Assembly (NCBI GenBank): GCA_963745235.1
Contig: CAVUXE010000029.1
Location: 128,001-192,000 of the forward strand
Source: an uncultured Spirochaetota bacterium
GTDB taxonomy: Bacteria > Spirochaetota > Spirochaetia > SZUA-6 > Fen-1364
Length of the DNA stretch: 64,000 nt
Reading direction: 5' to 3'
Part shown: positions 1 to 9,437 of the stretch, piece after piece
Layout of the letters: each line of letters begins with the position of its first letter
Numbering within the stretch: position 1 is the stretch's first letter
Notes under the pieces: generated by a model
Database searches by the model: none
The model's input: only the letters and a program-made list of their open reading frames with translations
What the model was told of the DNA's origin: nothing
Position numbers and translations under genes: made by a program

Positions 1-93
1 CCGGAGGCCGGCGCGGGTCCCCGGGACGACGGGGGGAAGAAGAACGACGACGTCATCGACGCCGAGTTCCGCGAAGAGAAGAAAGACAAGTAA
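1..93 (+). CDS. dnaK: DnaK (Hsp70) C-terminus, partial
   Basis: Frame 1 reads ...GGKKNDDVIDAEFREEKKDK*. DDVIDAEF is the typical DnaK C-terminal motif, and a J-domain gene follows. Confidence 0.8.
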   Translation, partial: PEAGAGPRDDGGKKNDDVIDAEFREEKKDK

Positions 94-170
94 GGCACTG
101 GCGGGTACGCGCGCGGGGACGGATGAACTCGTCCTGCGCCGTTCCTTGCCGGGGCCGTTTTTGATGTCCT

Positions 171-1100
171 ATGTCGTCGAAGCGTGATTACTACGAGATC
201 CTCGGGGTCAAAAAAGGCGCTACTCCGGAAGAGCTGAAGAAGGCGTACCGGGAGCTCGCGCTGCGCCATCATCCGGACCGTGTCCCCGCCGAGAAGAAAA
301 AGGAAGCGGAGGACGCGTTCAAGGAAATCTCCGAGGCCTACGCGGTCCTCTCGGATCCCCAGAAGCGCGCGCTCTACGACCAGCACGGCCACTCCGGCAT
401 CGACCAGAAATACGGCCAGGAGGACATCTTCCGGGGGACGGACTTCAGCAGCGTCTTCGAGGGGTTCGGCGACGCGGCCTGGGCGGCGGGTTCTTCGAAA
501 ACCTGTTCGGAGACCTGGGCTTCGACATATTCAGCACGCGCGGCCGACGGCAGAGGGGCAGCTCCAGCAATGGGGCCGCACATCGCGGCAGGGACGTCGA
601 AGTGGCAGTGCCCGTGACCCTCGAGGAAGCATATCATGGCACGGAGAAGACCCTCTCCATCCAGCGGGAAGGATCCGTGCGTTCTCTCACCGTCACCATA
701 CCTCCCGGCGTTGATTCGGGGTCCCGGCTTCGCATCAAGGGCGAAGGGGAAGCGGGGGGAGGCGGCAGCCGGGGAGACCTGTATGCCGTTGTCGAGGTCC
801 CTCCTCACACCACCTTCCAACGCACCGGCTCGGACCTCCAGGTGGAACGCACCATAGGCTTGACCCAGGCAATCCTTGGGACGGAGATCCGCGTGCCGAC
901 CCTGAGCGGGGACGTCACCATGAAAGTTCCGGCCCGGCACCCAGAGCGGCAGCATCTTCCGGCTTCGGGGGAAAGGAATGCCTCACCTGAGAGGGAAGGG
1001 AACTGGGGATGAGCTGGTCAGAGTGAACGTGGAAATCCCCCGCCGCCTGACGGAGCGACAGCGGGAGCTCCTGCGGGAGTTCGAAAGCAGCGGCTCGTAA
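171..1100 (+). CDS. DnaJ-class chaperone (class B/CbpA-like, no Zn finger), split by 2 frameshifts
   Basis: J-domain with HPD ([10 protein letters not shown]...HHPDR), G/F region, C-terminal [17 protein letters not shown] and LRGKGMP...[12 protein letters not shown]. Frame changes near 475 and 935; stop TAA at 1098-1100. Confidence 0.85.
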
Positions 1101-1110
1101 CCCTCTGCGC

Positions 1111-2891
1111 TCAGCTTTTCGGCATCATCCCTTCGTAGACCACTTTTTCATCTCCATGCAGCGTGACAGTGAACCCGTCCTCCAGGATGGCCATGGCGCC
1201 GGGCACCGAGGCGATGACCGCGACATCGCTCGTCTTGCTTCGGATCTGCTCCTCGCTCAGGTACGAGGACTCTTCCAGGACGATGCCGCTGAGGCCGGTG
1301 AGGAGCGGCAGGAAATCCGGGGTCAGGAACCGGGCCAGGAGGATCTCCGAGCCGTCATGCTTCAGCCTGAGCTCCGCATCCAGGGCGTCCTCCACCCGCA
1401 CGATCCTGCCCGGACGGTAGCCGCCGAAGCCGCGCTGCGCCCTTGGCCAGCACGTTGCCGACGAAGTGGACCCTGATGGTGTTGAGCATGATGGGGGAGT
1501 GCAGCGGGATGCCCGCCACGATGACCACCTTGTCGAATGTTCTTCACCAGCCCCTTTTCCATGGCGGCGGCGAGGGCGTTGTTCTGCATGGCATCGGAAT
1601 CTTCGCCAAGATCGGCGAACAACAGGGGCACGATGCCCCAGTACAGGAGAAGCCGTCCGCTGCACGGCTTCGGACGGCGTGACGGCGATGATGTCCTGCG
1701 AGGGGCGGTACTTGCTGATCAGCCGCGGCGTGTTGCCGTGCAGGGTCGGGGCGATGATCGCCGGACGCGTGGATCTCGCGCGCCACCAGGAACGCGCTGC
1801 GGGTGACCGACTGCGCCATGTCCTCGCTCGGATCATCCAGGCGGAAGAACCGTGCGCACGCGTGACTCGTACTCGGGGGAGGCCTCCACGGTCCGCGCGA
1901 TGGAGTCCATGACCTGCACCGCCTGCACGGGGTATTTGCCGCTTGCCGTCTCCCCGGACAGCATCACCGCGTCGGAGCCGTCGAAGATGGCGTTGGCGAC
2001 GTCGGTGGCCTCCGCCCGCGTGGGGCGCGGATTGTAGATCATGGAGTCGAGCATCTGCGTGGCCGTGATGACGGTCTTGTTCTGGTCGTGGCACTTGAGG
2101 ATGATCCGCTTCTGCACCAGGGGGATTTCCTCCGTGGGAAGCTGCACGCCCAGGTCGCCGCGGGCGATCATGAGCCCGTCGGAGACGCGGATGATCTCGT
2201 CGATGTTGTCCACGCCCTCCTGGTCCTCGATCTTGGCGATGATGTGCATGTGGGAGCCCTCCGCCAGCAGGATCTGGCGGATCTCCAGGATGTCGTCAGG
2301 CTTGCGCACGAAGGAGGCGGCGACGAAATCCATGTCCTGCTTGCACCGCGAAGTCGAGGTTGTCCCTGTCCTTCTCCGTGACTGCCGGGCAGCCGGCTCT
2401 TGATGCCGATGATGTTCACGTTCTTGTGGGACCCCAGCTGGCCACCCGTGCGCACGACGCACGCGGGTCACCCGGCCCTCCACAGCGAAAACTTCCAGGT
2501 CGATGAGCCCGTCGGCAATGAGGATGTGCTTCCCCGGGGCTGACCTGGTCCGGCAGGTCCTCGTAGGTGAGGCTGATCCGCTCCGCGGTGCAGGGGGAGT
2601 CATCCGCCGCCACCATGACCTCGGTCCCCGGGTGCAGCTCGATAGCTCCCGCCGTCCGCGATGATTCCCGTGCGCACCTCGGGCCCCTTGATGTCGATGA
2701 GAAGCGCCACGGGGATGCCCGTCGCGCCGGCTGGCCTCTCTCACCCTGGCGATCATGGCGGCGTGGTAGTCGTGGTCCCCGTGGGCCATGTTGAACCGGG
2801 CCACGTTCATGCCCGCCTCCAGGAGGCGTGAGAGGACCCCGACGTCCTCCGTGGCGGGGCCGAGCGTGCACACGATGCGCGTTTTTCTCAC
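1111..2891 (-). CDS. pyk: Pyruvate kinase with C-terminal PEP-utiliser-like extension, several frameshifts
   Basis: [54 protein letters not shown] and VMLSGETA motifs spread over several frames. GTG start at 2891. Confidence 0.9.
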
Positions 2892-2923
2892 GCTGGCGAT
2901 AGTAGGAAGGGAGCGGCAGGGGG

Positions 2924-3810
2924 TCAAGGTGGGGTGAGCACCGCACCCTTTGGGCGCGGCGGAAGAGAGCCAATGACAGCCCCCGCGATTATGAGCGCCA
3001 TGGCGGCGGCGGAAACGGCGGTGAAGGGTTTGCCGCCGACTGCCACCAGCAGCAGCGTGGAAAGCAGCGGCGTCAGGTAGGAAAGGGAGCCTATCACCCG
3101 CGGGTCTCCACGCTTCAAAGAAGCATCCCAGAGGAAGAATGCCGTTCCCATGGGGCCGAGCCCGAGCAGGAGGAGAAACAGCCAGTCGGCGCCCTGGATC
3201 GCTCGAAAGCCCCCGGGGCCTGATTCCGCGAGAAAGACCCCGAGGGCCAGCAGGCCGGAGCACAGGCAGAACCCTCCGACGGCTCCGCTTCGAAACGGGG
3301 GAAGGCGCTTGGTGAGAAGTGAATAGAGGGCCCAGATCAGGGCCGCCGCGGCTGCCGCAAGATAGCCCGGAAGGTTGACGGCATCCAGGCTGATCGATCC
3401 GCCCGTGACAATCAGCCCGGCCCCCGCCAGCCCGGCCAGGACGCCAAGGATGTGCCGCGGCCGCAAGCCGTAGCCCCTCAGGACCACGGGAGAAAGGACG
3501 ACAATCAGCAGGGGCCACAGGTAATTGATGAGGTTTGCCTCCACGGTGGGGGCGTTGCGAAACGCCGTGAAGAGAAGGAAATGGTAGCCGAATATGCCGC
3601 CCGCCCCGACGCAGAACGTCCTCACCGGGACCCTCCAGTCCCGTCACCCTGAGAAGCCCGATTGCCCCGCCGACGCTCAGGGCAACACCGGTGACGAGCA
3701 GCGGCGGCAGTTTCACAACACGTGATCCCAGGAGGGCAAGAAAGCCCCACAGCCCGATGGCGGAAAGAGCCAGGAGCGTGGCGGCCGGACCTCCGGGTAG
3801 TGTCCTTCAT
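2924..3810 (-). CDS. DMT/EamA family transporter (YddG-like), frameshifted
   Basis: Hydrophobic, with [12 protein letters not shown] and [11 protein letters not shown]. The N-terminus is pieced together from ATG 3810 (MKDTT...) and KLPPLLVTG. Confidence 0.8.
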
Positions 3811-5055
3811 GCTCGTGCCGTCCACGCCGGGAGCTTCTCCAGGGCCTCGAGGACCAGCCGGGCACAAGCGTCGCGCTCCGCACCCACGGCATCGCTGCCC
3901 CAGATCCGGGAAAGGAGCTCCAGCGGAGGCCCGGGCTCTTTTTCCACCGCCCCCGCGAAGGAGAGAGCGGCAGCCGCGCCGAGCGCCATTGCCCGGGGCT
4001 CGATCCCCTGTTCCATCGCAATCCGCATTGTCCCAAAAAGCCGGTCACTCCAGCCGAGCTTTCTCACCGGGTCCCTGATGATCCGTTCCACGCTGTCGTG
4101 CAGCCACGGATTTGTCATGCGCTGGAGGAGGTCCTCGGCATATGCGGACCAACCGGGCAGGCGTAAAAAGCGGCTCTCCACCGGCCGCTCCCCCGTGTTT
4201 TCTCACGAGCGCTGCCCCGGATTCTTCCAGGAATGCCTGTCCACCCAGGGAAAGGAGTGCAAAGTCCTGCCTGATGGTGCTCATCACCGAATGGCCCCGG
4301 AGTCGGGCGAGGTATCCCAGCAGGGCGTGGATGGCGTTGTGGCCGTAGAGCTTGGCCTCCTCGAAGGGAAGCAGATCGGTCTTTTCCTCGAAGACCCGGA
4401 TTCCCCGAACGAAGCCGGGCAGCGTCACGCGGGACACGAGTATCCTGTTGAACTCCTCCACCAGGACGCACTTGTTGAAACCGGGGACGAGAGGCGAGAG
4501 GCCCAGCTCCCTCATTTCTCTTTCCGAGCTGATCACTCCGCTCATTTTCCCGATGACCGTGTTGAGGACCTGCAGGCCTGAGAGATCACGGCCGGATGAC
4601 CGGTTGGCAACTTCTTTCGAAAGCTTCTCAGCGGCAAAGTTGTCGTTTTCCGCCGTATAGATGATCCTCTGCCTGCCGGGGATCGCCCCCTCCGCCAGTA
4701 TGGCCGCTATGGAGGAGTCGCCGCCGGCGGAATACAATGAGACGCTGGGGACAGCTGTGGCCATTTCCTCTGAATCACGGACTGCTGCAACCAGCTCTTT
4801 CCTGTCCGCCGGCACGCGCGGGTTGCAGAGCCTGATGCCGGACAACTTCTTCGCTCGAACCCCGTCACGGCCGGCGACGTTGATCGTAACCGAGCTCCCG
4901 TTTGTCCGCACGGCATCCACGAGCCCCTGGTCCACCTCCGCGACAGTCAAGCCATCGAAGCTGCCGGATTCGATTGCCTCGCACAGCATCAGGCCCGCCT
5001 GGATTGGTCCGAAGCCGAACCCGACAAAGCGTCTGCCCCTTACCGTTTCTCCCAT
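3807..5055 (-). CDS. Mannitol-1-phosphate/altronate dehydrogenase-like oxidoreductase, frameshift near 4160
   Basis: N-terminal FVGFGFGPIQAG Rossmann motif, TAEN, EEAKLYGHNAIHA, and RMTNPWLHDSVERIIRDPVRKLGWSDRL resembling the MtlD C-terminus. Confidence 0.65.
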
Positions 5056-5099
5056 GCCGCGCAAAATAGCACGGGAAGGAAGGCGAGAAAAGCGGCCCG

Positions 5100-5696
5100 C
5101 TACCAGTCGATGGCGATTCCAGCCGACAAAGTGACCTGAACGTTTCCCAGGGGGTAGCTGCTGATGGATGGTGCCGGCGGCGAGGTCATGAAAGGCGCGT
5201 AGGACACTTTGCCGGAAACGAGAAAGCCGCTGAGATCGAGGGACAGGCCCGCGGCGACAAAGGGATAGATGGAAAGGTACAGGTTGCCGGTGGCATCGCC
5301 CGTCCACTGATCCAGATACACACGCCCCGCGCAGCCCACCCCGGCCTGGATGAAAGGGTCCAGGAAGTATCCGCTTCGGAAGGGGTGGTAGCTGAGGAAG
5401 AGCGGCTGTGTCATCCAGTCCACCCACCAGGGCCCCTGCGGCGTTCGAGAGAAGCTTGCGCCGTACTGTCCTCCGAATCCCACTCTTCCAATGATCACTT
5501 CCCAGCCCACGCCGCCGAAGGGGGGCTGGCCGGGGCTCGAGAAAGTGTCTATAATCTGCTGGGCGCTGGGTCCCTTCAAATAGTCCGCTTGAAGGTTGCC
5601 CGTCAGGTGAACGGAACCCGCGAATGCAGGGGTCCCGGATGCGGCAATGGCCAACGCGAGCATCGCGGCGGTGATGGCAAAAGCCCTGAACTTCAT
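5100..5696 (-). CDS. Exported hypothetical protein, possible small outer-membrane beta-barrel
   Basis: Sec signal peptide (MKFRAFAITAAMLALAIA...AFA), amphipathic aromatic strands, terminal Trp (AGIAIDW), RBS GGAGGAGG. Confidence 0.7.
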   Translation of the reverse strand: MKFRAFAITAAMLALAIAASGTPAFAGSVHLTGNLQADYLKGPSAQQIIDTFSSPGQPPFGGVGWEVIIGRVGFGGQYGASFSRTPQGPWWVDWMTQPLFLSYHPFRSGYFLDPFIQAGVGCAGRVYLDQWTGDATGNLYLSIYPFVAAGLSLDLSGFLVSGKVSYAPFMTSPPAPSISSYPLGNVQVTLSAGIAIDW

Positions 5697-5730
5697 GAAA
5701 AGCCTCCTCCGAAGATCGTGATGTAATTTC

Positions 5731-5780
5731 GAACACCGGGTGCGCGGCCGAGTGTCACGGCGTGGCGTTTTTCGTGTTAC
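5731..5780. promoter_or_regulatory. Symmetric bidirectional ECF-type promoter candidate
   Basis: AACAC(5732-36)-N15-GTGTCAC(5752-58)-N15-GTGTT(5774-78). Each strand reads GTGwCAC-N15-GTGTT, followed by an RBS and start codon. Confidence 0.6.
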
Positions 5781-5808
5781 AGAGATTGATGAGCGGGAGA
5801 AGAAGCTT

Positions 5809-6294
5809 TTGGCAGTCGACGTGGAGAGTCTCTACAGGAAGTACGGGCCCATGGTGCTCCGCAGGTGTCGTTCTCTCCTGCTCGACGAAGAACAGGCCCT
5901 GGACGCCATGCAGGAGACCTTCGTGAAGCTCATCCGCTATCGTGAGAGGCTCACCGACAAGGCCCCTTCCAGCATGCTGTACTGCATCGCGACGAACGTG
6001 TGCCTGAACATGATGCGTAGCTCGCGCCGCCGGCCCCAGTCTGCCGGTGACGACGCCCTGGATCGCATCGCCTCCTCGGAGGACGTTGAGGCGCGCGTCC
6101 TTGACCGCCATCTCCTGGACAGCATCTTCGGCAGGGAGCGGGCCTCCACCCGGACCATGGCTGTGCTGCATTACGTGGACGGCATGACGCTGGAGGAAGT
6201 CGCGAAGCACGTCGGGCTGTCTGTGTCCGGGGTGCGGAAAAGGCTGCGCCTGCTCAAGGAGCGCACCCGCGCCCTGGGGGAGGCGTCGCCGTGA
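5809..6294 (+). CDS. ECF RNA polymerase sigma-70 factor
   Basis: Region 2 (ALDAMQETFVKL, SMLYCIATNVCLN) and region 4 (GMTLEEVAKHVGLSVSGVRKRL). TTG start at 5809 behind GGGAG, in frame with ORF 5740..6294. Confidence 0.9.
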   Translation: MAVDVESLYRKYGPMVLRRCRSLLLDEEQALDAMQETFVKLIRYRERLTDKAPSSMLYCIATNVCLNMMRSSRRRPQSAGDDALDRIASSEDVEARVLDRHLLDSIFGRERASTRTMAVLHYVDGMTLEEVAKHVGLSVSGVRKRLRLLKERTRALGEASP

Positions 6295-7157
6295 AGCGGA
6301 TATCCGATCTTCTCCTGGAGCAATACGTCCTCGGTGAGCTGCCTCCGGAGGTTGCTGGAGAGGTTCGTGAGGAGCTCGCACGGGATCCTTCCCTGCGGGC
6401 CCGACACGAGTCAATCATCAGGTCCGACAAGGAAATCCTGGAGCGTTACCCTCCGGCCGACATTGCAGAGTCCGTTGGAGCAAGGCTCCGGGAAAAACAG
6501 AAACAGCCGGCGGATGACAGACCGGCAGATGGAGAGCAGGCCGCCGAAGGCCCAGGCGGAGGGAGCGGCGGAATCTCATCCAGCCTGGAGCCCGCCGGGC
6601 GTTGGGCGCTGCAGCTGGCAATCGGTCTTCCCGCGGCTGCCATTGTTCTCCTGGTCTTTTCATTCTTCATTTTCCGTGAACGCCTGGCCCCGGACGAAAC
6701 CAGGATGAAAGGCCTCTCCCCCCATTTGACCGCGTTCCTGAAGACCGCGAAGGGCGCGCAGGACCTCGCCCCCGGTTCCCTCGTTGGACGGGGCGACGTG
6801 ATCCAGCTCAGCTACACAGCCGGGGAAGCCAGGTTCGGTGTCATCCTCTGGGTTGACGGGCGCGGGGCAATCACGTGGCTCCTGCCCCCGGGCTACAACG
6901 GGTCCCCGCGCGGCGCTCCGCTTCTGGACCGGCAGGGACAGGTGATCCTTCCCACCGCATACGAGCTGGACGATGCTCCGGGGTTTGAACGGTTCTTCTT
7001 TGTCTACTCGGAGAATTCCTTTGACGTGGCCGTCGCAGCGGACGCAGCGCGCGCTCTTTCTTCGCGCGCGGGCTCCGCCGAAAAGCTGGACCTTGCCCTG
7101 CCTGCGGGGGTGAGGCAGTACTCCCTTCTCCTGAAGAAACGGGGCCCGACGCCATGA
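6291..7157 (+). CDS. Putative membrane anti-sigma factor with extracytoplasmic DUF4384-like domain
   Basis: Overlaps the sigma stop (GTGA). N-terminal LLEQYVLGELP anti-sigma-like helix, one TM segment, then TRMKG, GDVIQLSY and ELDDAPGFERFFFV. Confidence 0.7.
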   Translation: MKRISDLLLEQYVLGELPPEVAGEVREELARDPSLRARHESIIRSDKEILERYPPADIAESVGARLREKQKQPADDRPADGEQAAEGPGGGSGGISSSLEPAGRWALQLAIGLPAAAIVLLVFSFFIFRERLAPDETRMKGLSPHLTAFLKTAKGAQDLAPGSLVGRGDVIQLSYTAGEARFGVILWVDGRGAITWLLPPGYNGSPRGAPLLDRQGQVILPTAYELDDAPGFERFFFVYSENSFDVAVAADAARALSSRAGSAEKLDLALPAGVRQYSLLLKKRGPTP

Positions 7158-9409
7158 GGACCCGGGCGCTCCTGGCCGCGGTCCTTGCATGCGCCGTGCT
7201 GCTGCCTGCCGCCGCGGAAGAGCCGCTTCCCCTGCGCAGGTTCGCCCTCGTCGCCGGCTCCAACGACGGCGGACCCCAGCTTGTGCGCCTGAGATACGCC
7301 GAGTCTGATGCCCGCTCGTTCGCGGACGTCATGGAGGAGCTGGGCGGGGTGCGCTCGGAAGACCTGGTGCTCGTTGTCGGCCCGGACCTCTCGCGGTTGC
7401 AGTCCGCGTTCCTCCGCGTCCAGCAGATGGTGAACGCCGTCTCGGGGAGCCAGGAGCGCAGCGAGCTCATCGTCTACTATTCCGGGCATTCGGATGACGA
7501 GGGCCTGATCCTGGGGGCCGAGCGTTTTGCATGGGAGGCGCTCAGAAACCAGATCAGCGGCATCCAGGCGGACGTGAAAGTGGCTATCCTGGACTCCTGC
7601 TCTTCCGGATCCCTTACACGGGCCAAGGGAGGAGTGGCTCGGCCGGCATTTCTCTTCGATGCCTCCGCGGACATGAAGGGCCACGCGTACCTGACATCGA
7701 GCTCCGCGGAGGAGGCCGCCCAGGAGTCCGACAGGATAGGCGGCTCCTTCTTCACGCATTACCTGATCTCGGGCCTGCGGGGAGCGGCGGACACGGTGGG
7801 GGACGGGGTGGTCACGCTGAACGAGGCGTACGCCTTTGCCTTCCAGGAAACGCTTGCCTCCACGGAAAAGACGCAGTACGGACCCCAGCATCCGGCCTAT
7901 GACATCAACCTGACGGGCTCGGGCGACCTGGTCCTCACGGATCTCAGGGCCGCCTCCGCGCGGTTGGCCGTTGCTGAAGACGTGGCCGGCCGGCTTTACT
8001 TGCGCAACGACCGCGGGGCCCTTGCCGTGGAGCTGAACAAGGTGGAAGGTCAGCGCGTGGAGCTGGGCCTGGAGCCGGGCACCTACAACGTCCTGCTGGA
8101 CGCCAGGACGGGCCGGCTGGGCACTCAGCTTCGCATTGCGGCGCACCAGCGTTCCCTGCTCTCACTCTCCTCTTTTCACAGGGTATCGGTTGACCGGGCT
8201 GCTGCCCGGGGCGGGGCCGGGTATGCGCCTGCGGATGGCCAATCGGAGGATCAGACCCGGCAGAATGACCCCGTGGCGGCGGCCGCCGCCATGGGGGCAG
8301 CGGTCGGAGCGGCCGTCGGAAAGGCAGTTGCGACGGCAATCACGACAACGGTGGACGCCGTGGGTGGGCACCGCTCCTCCTCTGCTCCGCCGGATGAGGG
8401 GGCGCCGTCGCCGGCCGCCACCGAGCAGAGCTCACAGGACCAGCGCTACCAGCCGTTCCACTTCACCCTGCTGCCCGACATCACTGACGGGGTGTTCGCT
8501 TCCCGGGACAACCATTCGATCACTTTCAATCTCCTCGTCGGCGTTTCCTCATCGACGCACGGATTCGAAGTGGGGAGCCTTGCCAACTTCGAGTCGCGCG
8601 ACATGGTGGGATTCCAGGCAGCGGGGCTTGGCAACGTGGTCCTCGGGGACACCAGCGGCTTCCAGGGCGCCGGGCTCGTGAATATCGTTGGCGGCGATGT
8701 GAGATTTGTCCAGGCGGCGGGTCTGGCCAACGTGGGGATGGGAGACGTTCACGGCGCGCAGGTCGCAGGGCTCTTCAACTGGGCCAAAGAGGGGGTCTGG
8801 GGCGCCCAGATATCGGGCATCGGCAACTGGGGCGGCGATGTCAGGGGCCCGCAGATCAGCGTGATCAACATAGCGGACACGGTGTCAGGAGCGCAGATCG
8901 GAATAGTGAACATTGCCGGGCACGTTTCGGGGGTCCAGGTCGGAATCGTGAACTTCTCTCGGGAGATAGACGGCGTGCCGCTCGGGCTCGTTTCCATCGA
9001 GGAAAGAGGGCGGCACAAAATGGATGTCTGGTGGGACTCGGACGGGAGCTGGAACGGCTCCATCTCCCTGGGCAGCAGGTATTTCTACACCGTTTTCAGC
9101 GCTGGATGGGTTCCCTATTCCGCACCCGCCGCGTGGACCCTGGGGGCCGGCGTCGGTGTCCGCGCGCCCCTGGGCCGTCTCTTTGCCGACATGGATGTGT
9201 CAGTCCTTGCCGACCAGGGCTCTTTCAGGGAAGCGGCAAGCCCGAACCCTTCCGACTTCCATCCAAGGCTGCGCGCCGTGCTGGGGATCCCGATTTTCGG
9301 CGAGCTCGCAGTCGAGGCGGGAGTTGTGGTGAAGATGAACCTGCCAGACGGCGTGGTCTCCACGGTCACGACGTACACCCCGGAGCTGATCTGCGGACTT
9401 CAGATATAG
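7154..9409 (+). CDS. Exported caspase-family (peptidase C14) protein with C-terminal repeat region
   Basis: Signal peptide, RRFALVAGSNDGG, LRYAESDA, His-Cys dyad YYSGHS / ILDSCSSG, GGSFFTHYLISGLRG. Tandem GxQxAGLxN and GAQIGIVN repeats (LA_2272-like). Confidence 0.85.
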   Translation: MRTRALLAAVLACAVLLPAAAEEPLPLRRFALVAGSNDGGPQLVRLRYAESDARSFADVMEELGGVRSEDLVLVVGPDLSRLQSAFLRVQQMVNAVSGSQERSELIVYYSGHSDDEGLILGAERFAWEALRNQISGIQADVKVAILDSCSSGSLTRAKGGVARPAFLFDASADMKGHAYLTSSSAEEAAQESDRIGGSFFTHYLISGLRGAADTVGDGVVTLNEAYAFAFQETLASTEKTQYGPQHPAYDINLTGSGDLVLTDLRAASARLAVAEDVAGRLYLRNDRGALAVELNKVEGQRVELGLEPGTYNVLLDARTGRLGTQLRIAAHQRSLLSLSSFHRVSVDRAAARGGAGYAPADGQSEDQTRQNDPVAAAAAMGAAVGAAVGKAVATAITTTVDAVGGHRSSSAPPDEGAPSPAATEQSSQDQRYQPFHFTLLPDITDGVFASRDNHSITFNLLVGVSSSTHGFEVGSLANFESRDMVGFQAAGLGNVVLGDTSGFQGAGLVNIVGGDVRFVQAAGLANVGMGDVHGAQVAGLFNWAKEGVWGAQISGIGNWGGDVRGPQISVINIADTVSGAQIGIVNIAGHVSGVQVGIVNFSREIDGVPLGLVSIEERGRHKMDVWWDSDGSWNGSISLGSRYFYTVFSAGWVPYSAPAAWTLGAGVGVRAPLGRLFADMDVSVLADQGSFREAASPNPSDFHPRLRAVLGIPIFGELAVEAGVVVKMNLPDGVVSTVTTYTPELICGLQI

Positions 9410-9437
9410 CGATTCACCGCGATCTCGGGCGCCTGTC

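Noticed and set aside
1111-2891. Programmed frameshifting or a pyk pseudogene
   Set aside because: Multiple scattered indels in a generally error-rich stretch, no slippery-site plus structure signal, and intact motifs.
1833-3716. 627-aa EamA-pyruvate kinase fusion in the ORF track (likewise 4045..5736)
   Set aside because: Artefact of frameshifts and open off-frames joining separate genes.
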